A stretch of 64,000 nucleotides of DNA. Origin: Candidatus Sericytochromatia bacterium. GTDB taxonomy: Bacteria > Cyanobacteriota > Sericytochromatia > S15B-MN24 > UBA4093. The notes under the pieces are model-generated. The model was not told where the DNA came from, made no database searches, and saw only the letters and a list, made by a program, of their open reading frames with translations. The stretch lies in assembly GCA_036676985.1 (NCBI GenBank), contig JAKFBU010000056.1:160001-224000 (forward strand). Direction: 5' to 3'. The position numbers and the translations under genes are program-made. How positions within the stretch are numbered: position 1 is the stretch's first letter; each line of letters opens with the position of its first letter. This document shows positions 28,176 to 37,657 of this stretch, one piece after another.

Positions 28176-29369
28176 CTAGATGTAGTAATCCACCAACTCG
28201 AGCAAGCTCGTAAACGGCCAGTCATACCACGGGCGGGTGAACGGCTCCGTGATGGGCGTCGAGATCGCCCAGTCCGTCTCGAACAGCCGCCCGTTCAGCT
28301 CCTGCAAGAGCGCCGGCTCGCGAACCGCCACGCCCAGCTCCTGGTTGATGTTCAGGGCCCGCGCATCTCCGTTGGCCGAGCCCACCAGCGCCCAGGCCCC
28401 GTCCACCGCGAAGTACTTCACGTGGTTGTACCGCTGCGTGTACGAACGGATCTCCGCTCCCGCCTTCATCAGGGCATTCGCCGAGGTCGAATTCAATCGC
28501 TTGAAGATCGGGCTGCCGTTCGCCCCCGGCACCAGGATCCGCACCGCCACGCTGTTCTTCCGCGCGTCGAGCAGCGCCTTCAAGAGGCCGTCATCCGACA
28601 GGTACGGCGATTCCACCTCCACCTTCCGCGTCGCCGAGCGAATGGCGGCGTACAAGGCTTCCCGGATCTCGAAGCGCTGCTCGGCCGGGCTCGTCACGAG
28701 CACCTGGTCCGGGCTGTCCTTCACCGGTCCTTCGGGCAACTGGAAGGGAGCACCGCCCGCGACCTTCCAGTCGTAGGCGAACTCGCGGTGCAGGTCGCGC
28801 GCGATCTCGTCGTCATTGAACTCCACGAGCATGTCGTGCCGATCGTGCCGGAACTCGTCCGTGAGGTTCATGCCGCCGGTCAGGCCGCGCGTCCCATCGG
28901 CGAGGTACAGCTTGCGGTGCGTGATGTTGACGCCCCGACCGATGGAGTGCCAGTCGTAGACCCGTGCGTCCACGCCGCGCTCCTTGAGATAGGCCACGAC
29001 TCCCCGCTTGGAGTTGGCCTCGAAGTAATTGCCGATCTGGTCGATGAGGACGCGGACCTTGATGCCTTCCTTGGATCGCGCGACCAGCAGGTCGCAGAGC
29101 TCGCGGCCCGACTTGTCGTGCCAGAAGTTGAAGGTCTCGATGTAGATGGAGTGCTTGGCCTCGCGGACCACGCGCGCGATGGCCGCGTAGTTCGCATCAC
29201 CGTCCAGGGTCAGCCTGGGGATGTCCGCTTCGACGACATGCGAGCCAGAGGAGGTGGGAGAAAATGGCGTGGTCCCACGGCGCTCCGCCTGCAGGGGCGA
29301 CAGTCCGCACCCGACCAAGCTCAGCGACAAGGTCGCCAACAGCGCCCATCGTGTGGCCATTCCTAGCAT
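28176..29369 (-). CDS. Phospholipase D/cardiolipin synthase-like lipoprotein
   Basis: Two HKD motifs (HRKLYLAD, HVKYFAVD); lipobox LVGC. Confidence 0.85.
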   Translation of the reverse strand: MLGMATRWALLATLSLSLVGCGLSPLQAERRGTTPFSPTSSGSHVVEADIPRLTLDGDANYAAIARVVREAKHSIYIETFNFWHDKSGRELCDLLVARSKEGIKVRVLIDQIGNYFEANSKRGVVAYLKERGVDARVYDWHSIGRGVNITHRKLYLADGTRGLTGGMNLTDEFRHDRHDMLVEFNDDEIARDLHREFAYDWKVAGGAPFQLPEGPVKDSPDQVLVTSPAEQRFEIREALYAAIRSATRKVEVESPYLSDDGLLKALLDARKNSVAVRILVPGANGSPIFKRLNSTSANALMKAGAEIRSYTQRYNHVKYFAVDGAWALVGSANGDARALNINQELGVAVREPALLQELNGRLFETDWAISTPITEPFTRPWYDWPFTSLLELVDYYI

Positions 29370-29459
29370 CCACGTCCTCCTGCCATGACCTTTAACAGCT
29401 TCTTATCGAAGTGCTAATGACGTTATCGCAGGTGAGCGCGAAATCTTGCGCCGCCGAGA

Positions 29460-30779
29460 TTAGCCGATGGGATCCGGGACCTCTGCGGCGGGCACCGTAT
29501 GCTTCAGGCCCTCGAGGATGAAGAGGTCCAACTGATCCGTCTTGCCCCGGATGGCCACGTCGCGCACCGGGCGAACGATCACGCGATCCTTGATCTCCAG
29601 GTAGGTCTCGGCGCTGAGTAGGATGTCCACCCCGTGATCCTTGGTCAGGCTTTCGATGCGGCTCGCCGTGTTGACCGCGTCGCCGATGGCCGTGTAGTCA
29701 AGGCGCTGATCGGTCCCGATATTGCCGATCACGGCCTCACCCGTATGGATGCCGATGCCGATCCGCAGGGGCGCCTCTCCGGTGGCCGCACGCTCCCGGT
29801 TCAGGGCGTCGAGCTCCTGGCGCATGCGAAAGGCGGCCTGGACCGCACGCCAGGCGTGGTCCTCCTGGGGCACCGGCGCCCCGAAGACCGCCATCATGCC
29901 GTCGCCGATGTACTTATCGAGCGTGCCCTCGTAGGAGAAAAGCGCGCCCACCATTCGTGAGAAGTAGGCGTTCAGCAGCGAGACGACATGCTCGGGAGGC
30001 ATCTGCTCGGACATGCTCGTGAAGCCCCTGATGTCCGAGAAGAGAAGCGTGACGCGCCGCCGCTTGCCCCCGACCCGGGTGAGGTCCTCCTGGAGGATCG
30101 TGTCGGCCACCTGCTGAGAGACATAGCGCGAAAGCACGCCGCGCACGCGCAGGGCCTCGGTCTGCATGCTGGCGGCCTCGCCGATGAGTTCGCGCGTCTT
30201 GGCCACCATCAACAGAGAGCCGCCCGTCGTGCCCAGCACGAGCATCAGCAGCAGCACGAGGATCGGGACCAGGAAGGCCTCATGGTGAATCGCCGTATCG
30301 ATCCACATGACCTCCGCCACCACCGCCAGGCAGCACAGCCCGCTCACGATCGCCTGGCGCGTGGACAAGCGAAGACCGTTCAGGCCGTTGAGGACGAAGG
30401 CGAAGATCAGGCTCATGTCGCTCCGCGCGAGGGTCTTGTTGCTCTCGGAATCAAAGCCCCAGATGGAATGTGCGTACAGGAAGGAGGCCATGAGGGCGAA
30501 GTCCAGGACGATGGCCACATAACCCAGGGGCCGGGCCGGGAAGGGTGTCCGGATGAGCCACGCGAGGACGAGCGCTCCCACCAGGACCAGGGAGAGGGCC
30601 GTGACGTCGAACCAGATGCTGCCCTCGAAGCCGTAGGTGGCGATCCGCACGGGCATCAGGACGAAGAGCGCGATCGCGAGCAGGGTGATCCGGACCAGGC
30701 CGATGCGCTTCTCGGCGGCGCGGATTTCGCGCTCCGTCAGGACCTCAACGATGTTCTCGGGCTGGGGGGTCGTGGCCAT
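29460..30779 (-). CDS. Membrane class III adenylate cyclase
   Basis: FSDIRGFT, DKYIGDG, GDAVNTASR; about 5-6 TM. Confidence 0.9.
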   Translation of the reverse strand: MATTPQPENIVEVLTEREIRAAEKRIGLVRITLLAIALFVLMPVRIATYGFEGSIWFDVTALSLVLVGALVLAWLIRTPFPARPLGYVAIVLDFALMASFLYAHSIWGFDSESNKTLARSDMSLIFAFVLNGLNGLRLSTRQAIVSGLCCLAVVAEVMWIDTAIHHEAFLVPILVLLLMLVLGTTGGSLLMVAKTRELIGEAASMQTEALRVRGVLSRYVSQQVADTILQEDLTRVGGKRRRVTLLFSDIRGFTSMSEQMPPEHVVSLLNAYFSRMVGALFSYEGTLDKYIGDGMMAVFGAPVPQEDHAWRAVQAAFRMRQELDALNRERAATGEAPLRIGIGIHTGEAVIGNIGTDQRLDYTAIGDAVNTASRIESLTKDHGVDILLSAETYLEIKDRVIVRPVRDVAIRGKTDQLDLFILEGLKHTVPAAEVPDPIG

Positions 30780-30964
30780 GGCGCCTCCGTCGGTGGACGA
30801 GGCTCTTCCGCCTCGTCTGGCCTATGCTAGCGCACCCTTGCCGGCTTCGCAATCGGCCGCGGAATCGGCGGTTATGGTTGCCTTAAATTTCACCCCGAGC
30901 CGTCAGGCAGCCCCCACTCCCCCGGATAACACCTCAGTAACGCCTTCAAGGGGGGAGTCAAGGC

Positions 30965-31831
30965 ATGCCGATCACCGGGATCATGGATACGTTCCGCGCG
31001 CAGCGCCTACCGCAGCCGTCGCCGACCGCTCCGGCGCTCGAGCCCATGTCCGCGACCATGGCGGGCGATCGCCTCGAGATCCGCCGCTCGCTCGTCAACC
31101 CGGGTACGCAGACCCAGCCCACCCTCGACGCCGCCATCGCGAAGCTGGAAGGCATCGAGCAGGACCTCGTCGCCAAGGGCGACAACCGCGCGGTCTTCGT
31201 GAGCACCTACCTCATGCAGACGAAGGCCACGGCCCAGGCGCTCCAGGAGCCCGGCCGCTTCGAGGACCCGGCGTTCATGAACGGGCTGGCGCTTCGCTTC
31301 GTGCAGTACTTCCTGGATGCCTACGACAACTACGAGGCCGGCCGGCGCGACCAGGTCCCGGCCCCCTGGCTCAAGGCCTTCGACCTCGCCACGGCCAAGA
31401 AGACGCTCGTGATGGAGGACCTGGTCCTCGGCATCAACGCCCACATCAACTACGACCTGCCCCGCGCCTTGGTGGTCGTGGGCGCCAACACGCCCGCGCA
31501 CGAGCGCGACTTCAGCAACTACAACCAGCTCCTTTCCGAGAACATCCAGCCTGTCAAGGACGCCATCGTCGATCGCTACGCCAAAGAGGCCTTCAGCGTG
31601 AACCTGCTGGGCCTGGCCGACAAGGTCACCTTGAAGCTCGACGATCTGGTGGCGGATCAGACCTTCGCGATCATGCGCAACCGCGCCTGGGAGCAGAGCC
31701 GCCGCATCGCCGCCGGAGACAGCAAGGCGCTCACCGAGACCACCGAGGACGCCATGACGGTGGTCAAGGCCATCGAGCTCGAGTCCAAGGCCCCGTTCCA
31801 CGGCTACCTGGCGCGCGCCCGCGTCTTCTAG
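30965..31831 (+). CDS. DUF5995-family protein
   Basis: LGINAHINYDLP motif. Confidence 0.75.
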   Translation: MPITGIMDTFRAQRLPQPSPTAPALEPMSATMAGDRLEIRRSLVNPGTQTQPTLDAAIAKLEGIEQDLVAKGDNRAVFVSTYLMQTKATAQALQEPGRFEDPAFMNGLALRFVQYFLDAYDNYEAGRRDQVPAPWLKAFDLATAKKTLVMEDLVLGINAHINYDLPRALVVVGANTPAHERDFSNYNQLLSENIQPVKDAIVDRYAKEAFSVNLLGLADKVTLKLDDLVADQTFAIMRNRAWEQSRRIAAGDSKALTETTEDAMTVVKAIELESKAPFHGYLARARVF

Positions 31832-31874
31832 GAGCCGTCGAGCGGGTATAACCTCCAGGTAGGGAGTTTCACTA

Positions 31875-33062
31875 ATGTCCATCGACAAGCTCGGATCCGG
31901 AAGCCTCAACCGACTGCTCGGCCCCGCCCCCGCCGCCGAAAGCGTGCAGGCAGGCGGCGGCACGGAAGCCTCCACCGCGGTGCCGCTCGGCGACATCTCG
32001 ACTGTCAGCCCCCAGGCCCGCGCCGAGGCCCGGACCTCCCCCTACGACTACATCGCGGCCCTGCCCGCGGGCTATCAGCCGCCGCCGCGTGCCAACCGGG
32101 ACATTGAGGTCTTCCAGGCCCAGGGCATCCAAGAAGTCCGCGGCGATCAGGCGGCCGGAGTCGAGCCCGTCGGAGTTTCAGCAGCCGAACCCGTCGTCGT
32201 ACAGCCCCCTGCGCCTCCTCCGGTCGTGCCCCCATCCCCCGCTCCGCCGCCGGTCGTGACGCCTCCCGTCGCCGCCCCGACGCCGGTGACGCCGAGCCCC
32301 GTGGGGCCCCTCACCGTGCCCGAACCGCCTCCCGCTCCGCCCGCTGCGGCTCCCGCCCCCGTGACGCCGAGCCCGCTCGGGACACTTCAGACGCCCGCAC
32401 CGGCCCCCGAACCCGCGCCGGCTCCCGAGCCAGCCCCGGAACCCGAGCAAAAGCCCCTGGGACGCCGCCTGCGCTTCACGTCGGTGGCCGACCCGCACGT
32501 TACCACAGCCGACGGACGCAAGTTCGACAACTCCAAGACCGGGGACTTCGTCCTGGCACGATCCCGGTCGGGCGACCTGTCGGTGCAGGTCCACCAGGAC
32601 AAGATCCCGAACGACTCGGGCATCTGGCAGACCCGGGCCGCCATCAAGACCCACGGGGACGTCATCCGCTTCGACGCCGCCACCCGGCGCCTCGAGCTCA
32701 ATGGCGAGGTCATCCCCTTCGAGCCGGGCCAGAAGGTGCCGCTGCCGAGCGGCGGCTACCTCGAGATGAGCAAGGACGTGCTCGAAAACGGCACGCCCTT
32801 CCATCGGCTGCGCGTCCATACCAAGGAGGGCGACGACCTCTACATGCTCCAGTTCGAGCGCAAGGGTGGCGGCCGCTACCTGGATCTTTCAGGCTCCCTC
32901 GCGCCCACCCGCGAGAGCGGGGAGGTCAAGGGCTCGGCGGGCACCTTTGACGGCGATGGCAAGGCCGAAAACGACTTGCGGAGCCGCACGGGCGAGATCA
33001 TGCAAGACCTGGCGGCCTTCCTGGAGGACTGGCGCGTGCGGTCGGAAGAGAGCCTTTTCTAG
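31875..33062 (+). CDS. Pro-rich protein with C-terminal von Willebrand D-like domain
   Basis: DPHVTTADGRKFD...GDFVLA; long Pro/Ala linker. Confidence 0.7.
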   Translation: MSIDKLGSGSLNRLLGPAPAAESVQAGGGTEASTAVPLGDISTVSPQARAEARTSPYDYIAALPAGYQPPPRANRDIEVFQAQGIQEVRGDQAAGVEPVGVSAAEPVVVQPPAPPPVVPPSPAPPPVVTPPVAAPTPVTPSPVGPLTVPEPPPAPPAAAPAPVTPSPLGTLQTPAPAPEPAPAPEPAPEPEQKPLGRRLRFTSVADPHVTTADGRKFDNSKTGDFVLARSRSGDLSVQVHQDKIPNDSGIWQTRAAIKTHGDVIRFDAATRRLELNGEVIPFEPGQKVPLPSGGYLEMSKDVLENGTPFHRLRVHTKEGDDLYMLQFERKGGGRYLDLSGSLAPTRESGEVKGSAGTFDGDGKAENDLRSRTGEIMQDLAAFLEDWRVRSEESLF

Positions 33063-33070
33063 CGGGCCCC

Positions 33071-33097
33071 TCAAGTCTGCCCGCTCGGGGCCGATGA
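33071..33097 (+). promoter_or_regulatory. Sigma28 (FliA)-type promoter
   Basis: TCAA-N15-GCCGATGA. Confidence 0.6.
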
Positions 33098-33142
33098 TGG
33101 GGATGGGAGCACTGACCCGGCAACGGTTCGAAGGAGGGCAAC

Positions 33143-33403
33143 ATGCTCGGAGCCTTGGCCAATTGCACAGTTTGCGAGAAGGTCTTCACCGACTACACTG
33201 CCCGGGGGCTTTGCCCGACCTGCTTCGGCCAGAAGATCTTCGGAAAGCCTAGCGCAGAGCCCCCCAGGCAGGAAGCCGAGGCCATCCGCGCCAGCCAGAT
33301 TGGCATCAACTCGCCCGACCACAGCCTGCGGTGCGAAGTCTATGCCCAGAAGGGCCGGGCACACGGCTCGACCACCCGCCGCGGCGCCGCCAACTTCTGG
33401 TAA
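33143..33403 (+). CDS. Small zinc-ribbon protein resembling the N-terminus of flagellar YvyF-type proteins
   Basis: LANCTVCEKVF...LCPTC; AAGGAGG RBS. Confidence 0.6.
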   Translation: MLGALANCTVCEKVFTDYTARGLCPTCFGQKIFGKPSAEPPRQEAEAIRASQIGINSPDHSLRCEVYAQKGRAHGSTTRRGAANFW

Positions 33404-33418
33404 ACCACGCCTTCAACC

Positions 33419-33460
33419 GGGACCCGCTTCTCATACGAGAGGCGGGTCCCTTGTTCGTTT
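33419..33460 (+). terminator. Intrinsic terminator
   Basis: GGGACCCGCTTCTC/GAGAGGCGGGTCCC stem followed by a T-rich tail. Confidence 0.7.
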
Positions 33461-33522
33461 GGTGACTTTGACCAACGATCCGTGACACTCTGTTGCAAAG
33501 GAATTGTAGGGGGAGGTGAGCC

Positions 33523-33870
33523 ATGCGCGAGGCGATGACCATCGACCAGCTCTTCACGGTGATGGGAGAAGATGACGCCCTCACCATGCTGGCGTTGGCG
33601 GACGGCAACACCATGGGGGTGCTCTTTACAAGCGTGGACCGGGCCCGCGATTTCGTAGAGGCTTACGACCTGGCGCCGGCGGACATCGTCGAACTCGTCA
33701 CCCCGGAGGAGCTGGTGGGGATCGCCGCCTCCTACGACTCGATCGACGTCCACGAGGCCGTCCTCGACCCATCCTGCGACGGGGGGCTGCGCGAGGAGCT
33801 GGTCCTCAACCTCTTGGACGTGCTCTCGGTGGACGAGGCCAACAGCACGAAGCCTCACTTCTACGACTAG
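33523..33870 (+). CDS. Hypothetical acidic protein
   Basis: GGAGG RBS; GC3-rich codon usage. Confidence 0.65.
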   Translation: MREAMTIDQLFTVMGEDDALTMLALADGNTMGVLFTSVDRARDFVEAYDLAPADIVELVTPEELVGIAASYDSIDVHEAVLDPSCDGGLREELVLNLLDVLSVDEANSTKPHFYD

Positions 33871-33930
33871 CACCCCCCGACGTGGCGAGCCCGGGGCGAC
33901 CGATGGTCGCCCCGGGCTCGCGTCTTGGGC

Positions 33931-34881
33931 TTAGCCCTCGGAGGAGATGGCTTCGCGCAGGACCTCTTCCAGGCGTTCCGCCTCATGCCGGGCGGTGGCC
34001 TCATCGTCTTGATCGGCGGCCGCCATGGCGAGCCCCAGGTGTGCCAGCGCATCCTTGGGATCCCGGGCGAGCACGCCTTCCAGCTCGCGGGCCGCGTCCG
34101 CCGGACGTCCGGAGCGGCCATAGAGCCAGGCCAGGTTCTGTCGCGCCTCCGGCCACTCGGGCCTCCGGCGCAGGGCCTCCTCGAAGCAGGCGATCGCCTC
34201 CTCGTCACGCTTGAGCTCGGCGAGCGCGACGCCGCGGCCGTACGGCACCAGGGGCTGACCCGGGTGACGGCCCTCGAGCGCGTCGTAGTGGGCGAGGGCC
34301 TCCTCGGCCCGACCATTCAAGGCGAGCTCGTTGGCCAGGTTCAGGCGGACGGTGTCGTCGTCGGGAACATGGCGCAGGGCCGTCTCGAAGGCGGCGATCG
34401 CCTCCGCACCCGCCCCGCTCCGGCTCAGGAGCAAGCCCAGGTAGTTGTGGGCGGGCGGAAAGTCGGGAGCCCTCCGGATGGTCTCTTGAAAGGCCTTGAG
34501 GGCCGCCTCTTCCTGACCAAGCCGGAAACGCGCCTCGCCCAGCAGGAACCAGCCGGCCGGGCTGTCGGGCGCCAGGCGTGCAAGCTCCTGGTACTGGGCG
34601 GCGGCGGCGGCCGTGTCACCCGACTGGTCGAGCTGCTGACCGAGCGCATGTCGGAGCTTCGCGCTCGCGGGGTTGAGCTGGATGGCCTCCTGGTAGGCCA
34701 TGATGGCCCCGCGGGTGTCACCCTTGAGCGCCAGCGCGGAGGCCAGGAGCATGGGGCCGTTGGGGTTGTCGGGCATGGCCTGGCGCGCCGCCCGGAAGTG
34801 GGCGATGGCGGCGTCGAGGTCCCCGGCCTCGGCCGCGGCGTTGCCTTGCTGGACGAAGCGGGTGAAGTCGATGATGGACAA
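33931..34881 (-). CDS. Tetratricopeptide repeat protein
   Basis: About 8-9 tandem 34-aa TPR units. Confidence 0.88.
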   Translation of the reverse strand: MSIIDFTRFVQQGNAAAEAGDLDAAIAHFRAARQAMPDNPNGPMLLASALALKGDTRGAIMAYQEAIQLNPASAKLRHALGQQLDQSGDTAAAAAQYQELARLAPDSPAGWFLLGEARFRLGQEEAALKAFQETIRRAPDFPPAHNYLGLLLSRSGAGAEAIAAFETALRHVPDDDTVRLNLANELALNGRAEEALAHYDALEGRHPGQPLVPYGRGVALAELKRDEEAIACFEEALRRRPEWPEARQNLAWLYGRSGRPADAARELEGVLARDPKDALAHLGLAMAAADQDDEATARHEAERLEEVLREAISSEG

Positions 34882-34884
34882 GCG

Positions 34885-36915
34885 TTACTCCTCGACGGCC
34901 TCCAGGCCGCCCTGCGCCGCATTGAGCGGCAATCCCAGGGACATGGCGCCGACGACCTTCCCCATGCGGGAGGCCTCGGCCTCGTAAAGCGCTGCGAGCT
35001 GCAGGTACTCGGCATCCCCCGTGACCTTGGCGAGTTGCTTCGCCTCGGCCGCGAGCGCCCGGGCCTCGGTGCCCATGGCCCGGTAGAGCTGGGCCGCGTG
35101 CTCGCCCGTCGCAGACAGGGCCTTGCCGGCACGCTCGCCGAGGGCGGCCGCCCGGCTGCCGAAGGCGGACGCCTGATCGAGGACGGCCTTGGGCAGCTTG
35201 CCGACGCCGCGGGCCGCGGCCTTGCCGGCCTGCAGGCCGACGTTGCCGAGGGCCTTGGCCGTTTCCACGGCCACCGTGCCGATGTCGGCAGCCCGAGCGA
35301 GGACGCCGTTCTGCTGGAAGGCCTCGGAGGCGAAGCCCGCCCGCTGGCGCAGGGCATTGGCCATGCCGCGCAGGCCCTTGTCCGCCTTGGCGACCTTCTC
35401 GGTGGCGGTGGTGAGCGCCTCGGCATCCTTAAGCAGGGTCTTCATCCGCGCGGCGGCCTCGGGCCCCTTGAGGGCGGAGACCTCCTGAAGCTGCTTGGCG
35501 AGCTTCTCGGCCTGGAGGGCCAGGGTGTCAGCTTCCTTGAGCTGGGCCGCGGGAATCTTGCCGCCCGACTGACGCAGGCTCTGGCGCAGGGCCCGGCCGA
35601 GATCCGCCACCGAGTCGCCCATCATCTGGAGCCCGGCGCCCACGTCGAGGACGGCCTTGCCGACGCTCGTGGCCTTGAAGGCCTCGACGGCCTTGGCGAT
35701 GCGGCCCACGTCACCCGCGGTATCCGCCGCCTTGGCGACCTTGGCCACGTCACCCGCTGCATCGGCGGCCTTGGCCACCTTGCTGGCATCGGCCGCGGCG
35801 TCCGCCGCCTTAACGACCTTGCTCACGTCGCCCGCCGCATCCGCGGCCTTGGCGACCTTGGCCACGTCACCTGCGGCATCAGCGGCCTTGGCCACCTTGG
35901 CCACGTCGGACGCGACGTCGGCGACCTTCGCCACGTCGGCGGCCACATCCGCGGCCTTGACGCCCTTGGCGACCGCATTGGCCTCGCCGGCGCCGATCAG
36001 GAAGCTGCCCACGTCCACCACCAGGCGACCGGGGATCTCGCCCCACTTGCCTTCCTTGATGGCGTCCTGGTAGCCGCCCGTGATGCCGTTCCACAGGCCC
36101 TTGAGGTACTGTCCTTCCTCCTGGATGATCTCCGACGGGCCCTTGCCCTGGAGGAGCTGGTGGCCAACGTGCAGGAGGTTGGGGGGGCTGAAGGGAATGT
36201 GCGCCGCGAGGCCCCAGAGGCCCTTGAGCGTCTGGATGGGATGTGCGATCACGTTGAAGAGGCCGCCCACCATGTCGCCGACGGCCTTGAGGGTGCCGCC
36301 CGTGACCTGCGACTGGAACTTGAAGAGTCCGCCCAGCACCGGGATCTTTCCGACGGTGTTGGCAACCAGGTCCTCACCCTTGTCGATGAGGCGATCCCAC
36401 CAGCTCTTCTTCTTTTCCGTCTCCTTGGGCTTGGCCTGCTCGGCCGCGGCCGGGGCCTCGGTGGGGGCCTCGGCAGCCGGCGCCTCGGCTGTAGGAGCGG
36501 GCGTCTGAGGCTGCTGGGCCTGCGCCTCCTGCACGCGGCGCGTGACCTCCTCGAGGTCCACCGCCTGGTACTGCGCGATCTCGTTTTGCGCCTGCTGACT
36601 CACCTGGGCCGTGTCCGGCGCGGGCTTGGGAGGCTCCACCACCGGCTGGGCGGGGGCCTGCGTCTGGACGGGGGCCTCGGGCTGGGCCGGAGCGGCAGGA
36701 GCCGCCGGCGTCTGGGCCTTCGGAGCCTCCTGGGGCTGCGCGGCGGGCTGAGTTGCGGGCTTCTCGGCCTCGGCCTCGGCCACCTTGAGGGTCTTGCCCG
36801 CGATGATGAGGTTGGGGTTCTCGATGCCGTTGTCGTCCGCGAGCTTCTTGACGGTCGTGTTGAAGCGCTTCGCCAGGGCCCCGAGGGTATCCCCCGACTT
36901 GATCGTGTAATCCAT
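34885..36915 (-). CDS. LysM-domain protein with hydrophobic core and 13-aa tandem repeats
   Basis: YTIKSGDTLGALAKRF...NPNLIIAGKTLKV; GGAGG RBS. Confidence 0.8.
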   Translation of the reverse strand: MDYTIKSGDTLGALAKRFNTTVKKLADDNGIENPNLIIAGKTLKVAEAEAEKPATQPAAQPQEAPKAQTPAAPAAPAQPEAPVQTQAPAQPVVEPPKPAPDTAQVSQQAQNEIAQYQAVDLEEVTRRVQEAQAQQPQTPAPTAEAPAAEAPTEAPAAAEQAKPKETEKKKSWWDRLIDKGEDLVANTVGKIPVLGGLFKFQSQVTGGTLKAVGDMVGGLFNVIAHPIQTLKGLWGLAAHIPFSPPNLLHVGHQLLQGKGPSEIIQEEGQYLKGLWNGITGGYQDAIKEGKWGEIPGRLVVDVGSFLIGAGEANAVAKGVKAADVAADVAKVADVASDVAKVAKAADAAGDVAKVAKAADAAGDVSKVVKAADAAADASKVAKAADAAGDVAKVAKAADTAGDVGRIAKAVEAFKATSVGKAVLDVGAGLQMMGDSVADLGRALRQSLRQSGGKIPAAQLKEADTLALQAEKLAKQLQEVSALKGPEAAARMKTLLKDAEALTTATEKVAKADKGLRGMANALRQRAGFASEAFQQNGVLARAADIGTVAVETAKALGNVGLQAGKAAARGVGKLPKAVLDQASAFGSRAAALGERAGKALSATGEHAAQLYRAMGTEARALAAEAKQLAKVTGDAEYLQLAALYEAEASRMGKVVGAMSLGLPLNAAQGGLEAVEE
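35690..35960 (-). repeat. Coding tandem repeat, 39 bp (DVAKVAKAADAAG), about 6-7 copies
   Basis: Directly visible degenerate repeats. Confidence 0.85.
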
Positions 36916-37026
36916 GCGGCGTTCCTCCTGTCACGAAGCGTTCAAATCCTCATTAATTATAGGTTGCAGGCTTCGAAGCTTTTTTAAAGACCCATTAAAT
37001 GTTCGATCGCATTGCGTTCAAATGCC

Positions 37027-37057
37027 AAAAAGGACCGCCCCCGGTTGGGGGCGGTCC
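37027..37057 (-). terminator. Intrinsic terminator
   Basis: AAAAA-GGACCGCCCCC-GGTT-GGGGGCGGTCC. Confidence 0.85.
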
Positions 37058-37069
37058 GTACCTTTGGGC

Positions 37070-37657
37070 TTACTTGGCGGCCGGGGCCGCGCTCGGGGAG
37101 GCCACGGGTGAGGCCGTGGACACGGGCGGAGCCGTGACCAGGCGCATCCAGCCATCGACCTTCCAGGAGCTGACCTGGTAGACGCCCTTGTCCTGGCTGG
37201 TCTGGACGTAGTACGCCGACGCGTCCAGGGGGGTCTTGGAGCCGACGGTGACGGAGAAGCGCTCGGGCTTCTTGTCGTCCCCCAGGGCGAGCCTGAGGGT
37301 CGGCTTGTCCAGGCCGTACTCCTTGGGGTCCTGGACCTTGTCGTCGACCTTGCGGTCGGCGGTCAGGGCCGCGAGGTTGCCGTACGCGCCGTCCCAGTTG
37401 AAGGTCTCGAGCGAGTGGGTCGCCTGGGGGGCGTAGCGCCACCCCTCGGCGTCCGACTTGCGGACGTACTCCGCCTTCTTGCCCGAGGCGTCCTCGAGCA
37501 CCAGGCGGTTGACGGACTTGTCGTCCTTCACGTCCCAGACCTTGACCTCCTGCGTCTCGAACGCAGGGGGGGCGTCCTTCTTGGCCTCGACGAAGTAGGC
37601 GTACGCCCCCAGGCCGAGACCGATCGCGACGAGGGCCGCGGTGCCTTTCCAGTTCAT
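37070..37657 (-). CDS. DUF4340-family protein
   Basis: N-terminal TM, EYGLDKP, VGSKTP; typical position after gldG-like genes. Confidence 0.75.
   Translation of the reverse strand: MNWKGTAALVAIGLGLGAYAYFVEAKKDAPPAFETQEVKVWDVKDDKSVNRLVLEDASGKKAEYVRKSDAEGWRYAPQATHSLETFNWDGAYGNLAALTADRKVDDKVQDPKEYGLDKPTLRLALGDDKKPERFSVTVGSKTPLDASAYYVQTSQDKGVYQVSSWKVDGWMRLVTAPPVSTASPVASPSAAPAAK

Noticed and set aside
35690-35960. CRISPR-like periodicity
   Set aside because: In-frame coding repeat without unique spacers; no cas genes
33925-36987. 1020-aa plus-strand ORF (also the 1003-aa ORF 24863-27874, 793-aa ORF 7714-10095 and 754-aa ORF 61734-63998)
   Set aside because: Antisense shadows of well-supported genes in high-GC DNA; no motifs
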